NCBI GenBank assembly: GCA_973895155.1
Contig: OZ316892.1
Location: 23,165,168-23,229,167 of the forward strand
Source of the DNA: Marsupella aquatica
Taxonomy: Eukaryota; Plantae; Marchantiophyta
Length of the DNA: 64,000 bases
Direction of reading: 5' to 3'
The notes beneath the pieces were generated by a model. The model made no database searches, had not been told where the DNA came from, and saw only the letters and a program-made list of their open reading frames with translations. Each line of letters begins with the position of its first letter. Position 1 is the first letter of the stretch. The translations under genes were made by a program, and so were the position numbers. Shown piece by piece: positions 1 through 13,300 of this stretch.

Positions 1-3000
1 ATCGATAACGAAGGCGACTCGAGACAAAGACGATGGGATATACTTTCCGCACAGCTAGACCAAGAGGGTGACACCAGCTACTCGCTCTTCCACGACACCG
101 CGGCAGACGACTCATTAGAATTCGATAGAGAGACAGTGGAAGCTGCCGTACAGAACAGCTTTAGGCAACTCTGCGCTCCAAGACAGGTTGATCAACGCTC
201 TCATAATTTCTTCGAGGGGATCATTGACGTAGACTGTGAAGTCGGGTTCGGCGAGGATGAAGACTTCGAACGAGAGCAGAATGGATTCGGCAGCGAATCT
301 TGCAAACCGTCGGAGTTTCACACCACTACGTCCTGCGGAGAACGCACCGTTGAGAAAGGGAGGCAGGAAGGCCATCTACAAGGCCCGTTCGGGGTAATCG
401 TTTCGAATAGCTACGCTCAAGGAGGAGACTCGGAGCTTACGCGAAAAAGGAACAGGAAATTTTCAAGAAGTCGTAGCTCAATTGAGTCCGGCAGCAGAGC
501 AAGACCAGTGCAGATCGAGGACCTCATGAGATATGCTTCTCTACCAGAGCCAGCAATTCGTAGAAGTCTTTCAACTCAGGACTTGCATTTCTCTTCTCGA
601 GAGGATGATGAAATTTTGAACTCCGAGAAGCCCGAGGAGCTCGCGGGAGAAGACTCTTTGGTGGATTCCGAGGAGGAACCAGGAGATGAAGCATGGATGC
701 CAACGAAATCGGAGTCCAGGGAGGAAGGGATCTATGTGGAGAACAGGGAGTGGGAGATGGAGCGTAGAGGTGCGCACGTAGAGGAGGAACAGGAAGAGAA
801 CAATACGCCTTACGCTGGACAGGATTGCCGGTTGGAAAGCGAGTCGGAGGACATGGACGAGGCAATACAGGACATGCTTGCAGAAATGAGAGAGGAAAAC
901 AGTTTTCACGAGGGGAGTGAAGAATCTAGTACCAGCCAGGACGAAGAGCCTGAGAGGATGAGTTTGGTACATGCTGCAATAAGGAACAGAAGCACTGACA
1001 ACAATGGCAATCCCTACAGCCTCATTTTTCTTGGCTTTGAGGATCTTTTAAGGGAAGCAGACGGAAGGGCTGAAAGAGAGCGGAAAACCGTCGAAGATAT
1101 GGTTCGAGTTAAGGAGGAAACGGAGGAAGCCTTGGAGCATCAACAGATGCGGTGGTCTGAGGCCGAGAAGCAGATGCAGAGCCGAATCAACTCGCTGGAA
1201 ATGCGAAACGGCAGTCTTTTAGACACGCAGAGGGAGACTGAGGCCGCTTTGACCACCGAGAAGGAGAGACGGAAGGAATCTCGGACTGAGGTGGACAGAA
1301 TTTTGGATATGTTGAAGAAAGAGAGAAAGTCCCACAAGGAAACTGTCGAGAAATTGAGCACTTGTGTTAATTCTCTGATGAAGTTAAGGGGAAACCTCGC
1401 AGTGCAGAAATCACGATCCTCCGAAGAAGGAGGGCCGTCCTATCTCCAGGTAGTAGACACAGCTCTTGAGGACACGGACAGGGAGCTGCAGGTAAACTTA
1501 ACCCAGTGGACAAAGAAATCATCTGAAGTGGACCATCGCGCCTCGGACATCGATGAACTCAGCAGGTGGAAGCAGCAACGGGATGCGTTAGAAGAAGAGC
1601 GAGATCAGGTGGAGGAGAACATGACTTCGCTGCTCAGAAGGACGAGAGACAGACATGAAGAGATGGAGCTCCTCTGGCTGGAGAGGGAAGCTTTGTTGGA
1701 ACAGAAGGTGGGCTGTCTGGAGGTCGAGCTACAACATTACGAGATGAAGCAGGGAAGGAAAGAAGCCGAGATCCTAGCTGAAAGGGTGCGGTGGGTCGAG
1801 GAATTGCAGAAGCACCGGAAAGCCTGGGCTCGTGAAAGAATCGCATGGGAAGCGACTGTGAGAGGGAAAGAAAATTGGGATTGTATGCCAAAGCCGTCCG
1901 AAGAGAATTGCCTCGTTCTTGCAAACGCAGCCAATGAGGACACCCTAGACAATTCTTCTGGACGATCCCAATACACCTTAAACGAGATGGAAGCCAAGGG
2001 GCTACAAGACGTGGCCAAGGAAGGGAGATCCTCAGACCACAGCAGAAGTTTAATTGTTGACGACAAGATCAGTCAGTTTTGTGTGGATGTTGGACAGCTG
2101 GCATTGGGGATAGAGGCAGGGGTGGGAAAAGCGACCGAAGGTTTTCGCTCAAGAGAGACCCGGTGGGAAATGGAGAGGATGGAATGGGAAGAACTGGAAG
2201 AGGATTTCCAAAGGGAACGACAGGAAATGGAGAAGAGTATCTCAGATACCACCGCGTCAATGGAAAGGTTGAAGAAGGAGATGGCTGCGAGGGAAGCTGA
2301 GATGGAAGCAGAAAAAAAGCAACTACAGGCACTTTTGATGCAAAAGGCTACCGAGGTGGAGAAGCTCAACTTCCAACTCAAATCCAAAGAGCATGACATG
2401 GAGGTCACTGTGCAGAAGTTTATGGATGAGGTAAGGTTGATCGACAAGGAAGTCGAGAAGGAGAGGAAGGAAAGAGAGCAAGTCATGGAGCTACATTTTG
2501 CATCGAAGAGAAAAGTCGTCAAAGAGATGAAGGAGAGGGAAGAGAAGTGGGACAGAGAAATTGAATCTATGAAGCTAGAGCTGGACAAAGCCAAAATGGA
2601 GATGAGGCATAAGGACAAGGAAATAGAGGCACTGAAGCGGTCAACTGGAAGAGCTGCTTCGGACAGTGAGCTTCAACTGACGGAGGCCGTATCAACTCTT
2701 GAGCATGAAAACGATGCACTTGCCACTGAACTCTCTAAGGAAAGGATTGAGGTGAGAAAGGCAATGGAGACGATGTTGGCTGACGTCTGGAAGGTATGTG
2801 AGGACGAACAGATACAAGCAGCTGTGGCGAAGAGGCTTGGTCCAGGTGACAAACTGTGTGCGCGAAGGCCAATGTGGGAATCCCTCTGGCTAGAATATTG
2901 TAGAAACAAAGGGATTAGTGACGACTACGATTCCGTCCAATGGGAGTCTCACGGGAGAATCACCAGATTTGAGAAAGAGATCTCAGAGGCGAAGTCTCTG

Positions 3001-5661
3001 ATAGAGGCACTCCGTGATGAGCTGAAAATGAAAGACGATCTACTGATGGAGGCCAAAGCAGATAAAGAAACAATTCTGGAGAAAAGATCCAAAGACTGGG
3101 CAGATGAGCGACAAATACTAACGAAACTTGTGGAGAGCCAACAGCAGAAGGAAACAGAACTTGTGGAAGAACTGCAGGAGAAAGAGCGAGAGTTTATCAG
3201 AGAGAAGGAAGCTATGGAGAAGGCACACAAAGTGGAGCAGGGTGAATCAGCTGACGCTATTTCAAACTTGCAAGGCGTAGTCCGAGAGCTGGAGTGGGTC
3301 TTAAAGCACTCGAAAAGTCCAGAGGCCAACCATGATCAAGAATTAAGCATTGTCAGGAGGGGTTTGATCCATCCGGTTGTCAAAAACACTGACCTGGTCA
3401 AGGTACATGCGTCATATTTAGAAGAGGTTGATCGGTATATCCTAGAGCTGGAAGGAAAAATGGAGGCAGCGGAAAAGAGTCTCAGAAGTCCGGAAGTGAC
3501 GGATAGGAAGTGGGGAGGTGATCCTGAAATGAACTTAGCTTTGATGAAAATAGAGAGGGAGCTGTTTAGTACTCCAGACGCGAAGGGGCACCTGAACAAC
3601 AGTTCGCCAGATAATGAAAGAGGCTACTTTTCTCCACATGGCAGCAGAGACTGGGATGCGCCTGGAGTTGGATTCATAGGTACAACAAGGAAACGAATGC
3701 CTGTCAAAAGGGCACCCAGAACTCCGGAAAGAAACTTGTGTTTGACTTTGAACGGATTAACAACTTTGGCTCATGACACGTGGGCTGATGGAGCCGATGA
3801 GAACCTACCACTTTGGCAGCTGGAGGATCGAAACAGGTAATTGCTGAGCAACGATGATTTCATCTAACTTTCTCTGCTACTCTTTCTATCAATATTCTCC
3901 CGGGGCAGAGCTTGATGATTGTTGTCATATATCATGGGACTTGGTAAATACACAGATGTTATATGAACATATCTGCTTTCTTGCTACTACATGAATGGGT
4001 TTGGCGTAGTACATTTGATCCAACTAGTTGTAAATGAACCGATGTGGGAGACATGTGCTCATTCCAGCATGTCGCCTGCTTCTTGATGTCTGCAGTTAGC
4101 TGTCTGTGTGACCATGCAGTTATATATAGTCATGGTAAACAACTTAGGGTCAGTATCTCTTAATGAGATCTTATGCTTACGCGCTCATAAGTAAGATTGG
4201 GACATACAGTAAATTCGTTTGCACTCTGGTGTGTGGGTGCCTGCCACAGTCCAAATAGCATTGCCAGTTGGATGTCACCGAGGAGTTCAACAGACGAGTC
4301 GTACTCATCTCACGGGTTGCCTGCTCATGGAGTGCTTGCTTTACCTTCCAGTAGTCCCCCCGCACCTTCACGACGTCAGCAAAAGTGGGTAGTGGACGTT
4401 AGCTGGTTAGAGCAAGTTCGGAAGGTAATGTTGTTTACAGCTTCATCTTGCCTTACTGGAACACCTAATCTGTTGAGTCGCTACACTGTTTAGGACGGCT
4501 AGCATATCTAATAGTTGCATGAATTTCTAAAAAACGACTAACTATTAAGGCCTTCAAACAGCCGTTCCACATAGTCTCGGCTTCAAATTTTCATGCGCTC
4601 TTGCTGCACCAAGATGGATTTCTAAAAAAGTGCTTTCCAGAAACTATACTGTGCACCTCAGCGGTAGACAAATCATGGTGAACTAGTTGAACAAGCACTC
4701 TGTTCCCGTGCGCGTTCTTCATGTAGACCAATTGATCGCATGCATGTTGCGTTTCGTTATACTTGTGCTGGCCAAAATACTTCTTATGAAATGGATCAAT
4801 AAGATGGAAGTTGCCTGATGTCCTTTCGCAGGAGCACGCCTGGCTACGGCAGCAACTGGAGATTGAGCGGCAGCGGGTTGCAGCATTGGGCCGGGTATAT
4901 TTCCGTTCCTCAGTTCTTGAGCCAGGATATTGATGTCGAGTCAGCTGTACTCCAAAGCCATCTCTAGCTTTTGATCAGATTTAAATCGTCCATCTGGAGG
5001 TCCTATGAACAATCTCTGCGAGTGTTTGATGCATAGGAATCCGAAATCTGGAGGCAGACCTCTGTCATGGAAATTCCCGAGTTGCTAGGTATACCCCAAA
5101 TTTGCAAGACAGTTAACATTCTGTGTGGCAAACTGTGGCAGGTAGAGGCCGACAATAGGTGGATAGAGGCAGCCATCATCCGAGCCCTTGAGCTCAAGCG
5201 TGAAAGTGATAGTAAGGTTGCAGACATGCAACGCAAGGTAAACCTAACAGCTAGTCTAACAGTCTACAGAAAGCTGTTGTGGTTTAAGACAAGTGACAGG
5301 CTTGACGGTTGTAGTCTAAAACTGAGTATTAGAAATGCCTGTCGTCCAAGAATCCTGACCTGTCAATTTTGGATGGGAAGTGTTATGTTTACGATTACTG
5401 TTCATGTGAGACCTTCACGCGAGGAGTCACAGTGCTCTACAGCTTCAGTCCCTTCTGAATCTGTTGACACAAGAGACATACTTGCTCATGGCATTCGTTT
5501 CCCTGGCAACTTTTATGAATGTTACTTGCCTCTTATTTTCGCTGTCAGGAGAAGCAGTTTTTTTCTGATTGCAGGTGGGGACTGAGGTGTTGACTTGTCT
5601 CATGCAGGTGAACGTCATGGAGGTTTTGATGTCCAAGAACCCTAGGTGCAGCATACCTTGA
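1..5661 (+). CDS. Large acidic/coiled-coil protein of unknown function, 5'-incomplete; exons <1-3836, 4250-4424, 4832-4894, 5142-5237, 5575(or 5608)-5661
   Basis: Frame 1 is open from base 1, so the track's GTG start at 136 is not the real start. The ORF 'stop' at 3838 overlaps a donor AG|GTAATT. Downstream GT-AG exons join in consistent phases (2,0,0,0) and give ...SPNSIASW...LEQVRK/EHAWLRQQLEIERQRVAALGR/VEADNRWIEAAIIRALELKRESDSKVADMQRK/...NPRCSIP*. The sequence is E/K/R-rich and heptad-like. Confidence 0.8.
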
Positions 5662-6769
5662 TCAGGCTCTTCGTAACAATGATTCCTCCTTTCATGGTTT
5701 GCGGGGGCTCTCTGTGCAGGTAGGTGTTGTTTATATATTTCGAGAATAGAGGAGCTAAGATTATTTGTGAAATTTTCAAAACCATGGAGTATTAAAGTGT
5801 TTTTCGAATCGAAATGCTGAGATGGTGTGAGGGAATTAGTGAACACGACAGTAGGGATGAAGTATGCCACAAAAATGTATGTTTCAGTTTGTCTGTTTCA
5901 GTTTCTTTCTAGCTCAGCGCAAGTTCCAATGGTCTCTTCATGCGTTCTCTTTGATTTCTACGATGTAGGGGACTGAGATTGATGTAGCCACTAAAATATA
6001 TTTCTGGTCGTCAATTCTGCAGATGGACACGTTGCTGCTATGAAGCCGAATACTGTAACCTATTTTTTTACTTAGATTACAATTTCACAAGGGGGGAATT
6101 TTGCTAAAACCCCTTTAGCCAAATTTTCTGATCCCAAAAATACTACACAATACCCCTATCAGTGCTAGACCTGTGCGACCAGAGCTTCGCTGTCACGAAA
6201 CGAGAGGGATTAAAGAGTTCAACACGTCTGGGCACCCAAGGCAATTCTTTTTCTTTCCACCCTTGACATTAGTTTGATCTCTTGGTTTCAGATCATGAGA
6301 GTAAATTAGTTTCTTGCAAGCCTCCCGCTTGTGTATGTAAATTCCTGTTCATGGCTCGCAAAATGGAATCAACCTTTGCTATTGGGATGAGCTGCTGTTA
6401 CTTCTTCATGCTTCCAATTCTTGTCTGCAATGGAAACGTTAGGCCATGGCATGGCGTGGATTGTAGATTCATCGTGCAGATTTTGAGGCTGGTGGACAAG
6501 TCTTATGCGTCTGTGTGAGTAATACCTATACTGCTGGCTCTAAAAGTTGCGCTTCGTTTTCATAAGTGTTTTCTGTGTTTGGGCAAAATCGAGAAACGTT
6601 AGCACAATTTTTTATCACAAGCTGGATGTTTGACTTGAAAAAACTAGCTTCAACTTGTTTGTTCCATCACCGCATTTAGCATGTATTCCATAAGACGACG
6701 TTTATGAAATATAGAAGCTGAACTTTACGTGTGGCTGTAAAAAACTTCCTTTCTAGTGCTTTCATGCTA

Positions 6770-8420
6770 ACCGTAAGCATACGTTCTCATGCTAACATTC
6801 GGGCTTGCAAGAACCTAATCTTTCCGAAGACTAGAAACCTCGATACCTCATGGAAAGATCCCTGGGCACTAGAAAGAAACTAATTTTTCCGAAGGTTAGC
6901 ATGAGAACGTCGCCCGAAGGTGAAGGATAATGAATGGAGCAAAATCTAGGAAGGCATCAAGCAAACGTACGAAAGATTGAAGGTGGCGTGGTGACAGTCA
7001 ATGGAACTGGGAAGGCAAAATCTTAGGCCAGTAAGGGGCAATGTTTGAGGCCGTGCAAAATGACACACTATCGGGAGGTGCCTTAACCTTAATAAATAGC
7101 AGAGAGAACCAGACTGGAAACACCTTGGGGAATATTGGGAAATACTTAGAAGTGTGCAACGAACATCAGGTCAGACTTGTGATATCTCACTGAAAGATCT
7201 GACAGCATAGTTGGAAAGTTTACACATCTGTATTGATAAGAAAGATCACTTAGTGGTAACAGTTCTCTTTGGAACAGTGGAACTGAAAAAGCAGGCAAGT
7301 TCAAGGGCAATATCAGAGGCCATGTGTATAGTGACGCCATATCTTGATAGTAACAATTAGCAGAACTATGGAAAGTTTACACATTAGTGGTGACAGTTCT
7401 CTTTGGAACAGTGGAACCTGAAAAGCAAGGCCAGTTTAAAGGCCATGTGTATAGTGACGCCATATTTTGAGAGGGACAATTAGCAGAGGGAACCACTGTT
7501 AATATTTTGGGTTTACATAACTTTGCAATGAAATTGGGTCCGACATAGTTGATACCTCACCAAAAGATCCCTCGGCATAGTTTGGAAGTTTACACATTTG
7601 CGTAATAGCAGTTCTGGCAGTCTGACCGTCTACTGGATATACAAATCGTCACCGCACATCACTTAGGAGAAACAGTGCCTGGACTAGCTTAGGAATTTCA
7701 ACGAAGTTTCAAGCGTGTGTTCTCAGAATCTTGCCTTGCCTAATAGTTGAAGGATACCCCGTTAGAAACGGATGTGTTGACATTAATGCAAGCCAGTCAA
7801 TCATCTGACCCGGCCGTGGTACAAGATCCAAAGACGTCAGTCATTCAAGATACTGTTCAGTAAACTGTTCTCAATGACATTACCAACAGTGATTGTGAGT
7901 TTCAAGCGTGTGTTTTAAGAATCCCGCCCTGTTACAACAAGATATGTTGACATAAATGCAAACGAGTCAATCACCTGACCCGGCCGTGGTACAAGATCCA
8001 AATGACGTCAGTCATCGAATCAAAATATTGTGTTGTAAATCGGTCTGGTCAATGATTTTACCAAAGTGATCGTGCGATGATTTTGACAGCATCATTCTGT
8101 TCCATTTAGTAAGAACTTTACCTCCAGTGAAGTTGAGAGAAACTAAAAATTGATAGTACAAAAATAGGGCTGCCCAGAAGGCGAACTACATGACAATATC
8201 AAAGAGACCCCCAAAACCCATCCAAGATCTTCTGTGAGTGATATGTCTTTCCACACTATAAAGCAACCTAGCACCAACGCGAGAGGAGAATATATTGATT
8301 GAAAGATTTGTGCTTTGAGTGAGAAGTCTCTCCTCATTATCAAGGAAACTAGTACCGAAGGGAGAGGGGAATAGATTGATTGAAAGACTTCTGCTTCCAC
8401 AACGGCTTTCAACGATCTTA
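6770..8420. repeat. Mosaic of local degenerate direct and inverted duplications
   Basis: Inverted ACGTTCTCATGCTAAC at 6781 / GTTAGCATGAGAACGT at ~6895; ~110-bp direct repeat at ~7251 and ~7386; ~190-bp direct repeat at ~7705 and ~7899 (shared TGACCCGGCCGTGGTACAAGATCCAAA); ~100-bp repeat at ~8250 and ~8345; GATACCTCA..AAAGATCCCT at 6842 and 7551. Confidence 0.75.
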
Positions 8421-10357
8421 GAACCCATTTGCTTTCTGGAAGTGACTGTCCAGAACCTGGGGTCCTCCGGTGGTAGCCTTATCCCCAGGTTTTAGACATT
8501 GCTTCAAAGCTGCTTCAGTATCCATTTTCGCATCTTGGATTCGATGGTACTGAAGTGAGTGCCTGAGTTTCAATTGTCCTAAGAGATATCTCAAATCTCT
8601 AAGACGTCCGATTGTCGAGTACAATGTCAAGACTGAGCTGCCAAGATGCAGGTTCATGCATGAACACTCTGTATTTACCTTACCTAGAATATGAGATCCT
8701 GGCATAAACGAATGACGACATGTGTTTGCGTGTGACTACTCTTACAGAGCTGCAGAGGCAAAATTGTTTTCGTGTTCTTCGGATTGGCATGCAAGAGTTT
8801 TCTCAACAATAATTAACTGTGCGGCGCAACCACAAGGAAGTGCACGCGGGCGGAGGGAATCACAGAAATTCACCGGGGGCAGCAGCGTTGACTTCTTGAT
8901 CTCCTTCCGTTCCGCCATCCCAACTGACGACCAGGATAGTTACGAATCAAAATCTTTCACAGCAGGTGCTCTCCTCCCGTTGGATGTAAAATGATAACAA
9001 GAGATTCGTAACTTAGAGCGAATACTCTGCACCGGAGCAGTCGTCCGAAGCGCTACGAACAAATTCCGTGAACAATTTTAACGTCCCCGTCCGTGTCATT
9101 TAAGCATAGCTGCAGTTTAGATAATGGAAGCGACTATAGACCTTGTCACCAAATGTCCGAGGCATTCCAATTAAACATTTTGTTCTCCCTCCCGACCTCC
9201 AGAATACTTCCCGCGAACTCGAGAGTCCAGGCATTGAATAGCACCATCACCTCCAGAACACATCTGCATCAAAAAAACCAGACATCGACTTGATGCATTC
9301 CAGATCTGCACCCCACTGTCTTTCCATGTCAATTATCAGTGAAAATGGGAAAACACCAATGCCAGCAAACAAATCACCGCAGGTTCATTTCAGCATGATA
9401 TGGGACCCATGATCAAGCAGGCGCGCATGATTGCCATTGTTGAATCCTTACTGCCAACTTATTAGCTAGCAACCCCCAACACAAAAATATGTGCCGAGTG
9501 CTTGGCAAGAAACTGTGAAAGCTTGAACATGAAGCTCCTGAGGCACTCGGAGTAATCTGTTAGGGTAAAACCAACAATCAACTTTTTGAATGTACATTTC
9601 AATTCCACGGATCGAAGGATGTTTGATGCCCGTTAGAGAGAGGCTAGTTACGAGCTCCTCAACATTCATCTCGCCAATCTCAGATTCAGATGAACAATTC
9701 GAGAGACAATTCCCATGATTTGAGTGTTGCCCGGAAAAATGAAACAGTGATTTTCTCCACAATCAGAGTTAGTAGAATGAAAGCAGAGTGAAGAAGTAAC
9801 TTTGATTTCTTTCGATTTTTATCTCCCATTCTTGAAACTTCAAAAGACCAGAATCCCATAAAGAACCACAGACAAAGATGACAAAGTGGGAACACAACGA
9901 GCCACAACTCATCACCCTCCTGACTGGGCGATGATCAGTCTTTGCGCACGAGATGAGACAAGGATGTTCCACAATTTGACACTTCATGAGCTACATGATT
10001 CTCCCTTCAATGTATAACTTCATATCAGAGGCAACACAGGATTCTGTTAATTGTGAGATCCATTGTAGGACCACACCGACTGTACACCCGGAGTTGAATA
10101 AAATCCTCCAATCTGCGGTCTCTCTGTAGACCAAGTTGAGCCACCCAAGCCTAACCCAACTGACCAGTTATTATCCCTATTGCTCTCCTGCATTGAACTG
10201 TGTACAAACAACACACAGTTCTTCGTTAGTATTCATGAAGGACTGAGATGGATTATAACGGAAGTATACAGTATTCTCAACGAAGCAGATCAGCATTATG
10301 CTCAGGATAGCACTCTACTGCCTAGAACACACAACGCAGTTGATAGAGTTCAATTGA

Positions 10358-13300
10358 TTACCCTCGAACAATACGCGCCATATTCTCTCGATACTCTATA
10401 ATCTGCCCTCGTAGTATATGATTGGGCCGCAATGACTTATCCACACCACTTCCGTAGCCTCCTTGTGGAGCTGGAAGAACTTCTCCAGTAATAGGGCTTG
10501 TATCGTGTGTCCTGTGGTCCAAAAAAAGCCAATTAATCCATGTAACACCTTTAAAACTCTCTTTTCCACTCGCAATATCAATCAGAGAGAGCCCATGGTT
10601 CGATTAAGTGTTATCAGATGAGTACGATAAAATGTAATCCTAGACTGTTCTCTTCAAATAGACCAGGCTTCGAGGAGCTAAGCACAAACTGTCGAGACGT
10701 GAATTCTTTCTGTCATGGCGAACGAATCTTGTCAAGCAATTCGGTGATCAATTGATTTGGCCTTTGTAGAGAGATTATTTATTCAACAGATGACTGCACA
10801 GTTGATCCTTGACAATTAGAATGATGCTTGAGGTCGTCTGAGAAGACCAGAGAATCGAAATAGTCCTAGTTGTGAGAGAGCCAATTATTTTGACAACACA
10901 AATACAAGTGAAGGAGTGAAATCAAAAGAGAGAAACTCCAAGTTCGCTTAATCCAGAGGATTTAAAGAATCGAATCGCAGATGACAACGCGTATGAGCTA
11001 GTTAGTAAGACTTACTGAAGCCACCTTTCAATGGCTGCTCGCTCATACGAGTGGCCATCAGCGGTGATGACAGGGTCCTGCATTACTTCTTGCGTTATGC
11101 AGTCAACAAACTCCGGAGGAACTCGCTGGTGAGAATCAGAATCATCCCAAATTCGCATAGCAGACTCGAAAGCAGAATGATCAGACCACAGACTTTGATT
11201 GTTGCCAACTGGCAATGTCCCAAGAGCATCACCACCAGTGCACCCTGGACCCACAAGGGGGTGAGGGGAGAAAAGGGAGGTTGGCAACTGACTCTCAGGT
11301 TCTAAAGGCTGGGTAAGCGGCCTTAGTGTACCCTTAGGCTGTTCCAGGAAACCATTGTTCAAGTAGTTCCAGCTGTTCAGAGGTTCTGCTATACTGTGTT
11401 GGATCTGGTCCAAGTGTGGCGAATCCCACATTTGCCACTTCACACCGTTAGCGACGTCCGGCGAATCATCGGATACCGGTGGTTGCCCCCAATGATCCAG
11501 ACTCTGTGGCAGTTGGTCCTGCGGCACATTGCTCTGGTTCTGGTTAGGAACTGGCATCTGAATGGGAGCAGGCATATGCAGAGGGCTGGAAACTGGTGGG
11601 TGGACTGGCATTTGGACCGGCTTGCCTATTGGAGTAGGAACAGTAGGCAGCGAGGGAAATGTGCTCGAACCAAGCATCGGTGTAAAAGCCGAAGCTGTAA
11701 TTCCAGATGTAAGCGAAGGTGAAGAAGACATTGGTACAAAGGAACGGGAAGGTAAATGTACAGGAGGCCCCACAGGAGCGACCACAGAATGCTTGGGAAT
11801 AGGTGATCCTTGAAGGCCGTGACCAAAGAAAATGGTATTTTCTGATTCCAAAGAAACATTTTCGTTGGCCGTTGGGGCAGCGACAGCCTCCGCTTTCTGT
11901 TGGCGCTCTTGCTTATGGTCAACGTCTGAAGGAGGCGACGGAGCTACCGCACTAGAGTGCGAATTAGAAAACAGCCGTTGCCAGGGCCTGGCCTGAGAAG
12001 GTGCTGCAGTGGACTGCTTAACTTCAGCCTGCAAAAACAAAGCTCCCTCTATCAGCGACACTGCGAATATGAAAAGAAATTCTGATGACAGTCACACAAC
12101 GTACGACTCTGGTTATAACCAAGATTGTGAAGCGAAGAGAGAAAGTACCAAATTATCACGATAATGACTGTCTACAAATGATCTAATCGTTCTATTTGAG
12201 ACTATCTAAAGACTGCAAGTCAAGTTTTAACAGTAGTGACGTAATTTAATTATTCACAACGAGTCTGAAGGTTTACGGTGCAGAAAGAGGATAACCTATT
12301 AAAGCAGTGATTCATCCGAAGTGACAGAACAGTTCTACAGCATGCTGTGACTAAAATTTTGGTTACTCGTCTCATTGACCATCTCACTTTAAAACGCGAC
12401 CTGTGGTTTACGCACTGATTCAAGTCCAGTGCACCTGCTATACAGAGTGAAAAAGAGCTTCATGCTCATCTCCACTGATTGGGCGAACAGAAAGGGTGCC
12501 CAGGTCTGGAACTTCAATTTCGTAATTCTCTCGTAAAATGCAATCATCAACTGTTACCTCTCTTTGATTTCGTCCACAAGGTAATGAAATCATTACATGC
12601 AGCTCGGCATTGCCTGAGAAGAACTGCACAATGCAAACGACTGGCATGCAAAAGCGATTGGGTACACTAAAATTTTGTTCACTTACAGTTGGATGTGAGA
12701 GGTCAGAGACACCACTCCCACTAGAGCCGCTCATGCCTAATTTCACTCCATTTTGCTTTGCTATGTCTCCTCGTCCATTTACATTCGGAACTCCTACTGC
12801 CGATGCCACATTATCCTCAGCCGGAGGTGTGTTACTTTTACCCCATCCCTTGGTCCAAGGCATCCGGTTCCAAGTAGAATATGAGCTATCTGCAGGTTTA
12901 CCATTTGGTATGTCAGAGGAGTTACTCCCAGCTGCCCCAGGCATGGAACTAGCGGGCATGGGTCCCCTTGCAAACTTGCCACTAGTCAAACTCTTGCCCC
13001 AAAATGAGGTATTGTTCTGGTGAGTCACACTTGTCTTAGGAGAAGCTACACCTGCCCCTTTACCAAGACCTACGTATTTGGAGCTGCCAACTTTTCCACC
13101 AGCTCCACTCCCGATTTTCCCAGCAGTATCAGCTGCCTTGTGCCCAACTTCTACACCGGCTCCTCTGGGACCTTTCGTTGCCTTCTTGAGGTCGCCATTT
13201 TGCACAGGGCTACCTTTCTTGTCGGGGTCTACACGCTTTTCATTGTCCGTCTTCTTGTCGACATCCTTCTTCTCTTTCTTCTTCTTGGAATCTTCTGAAT

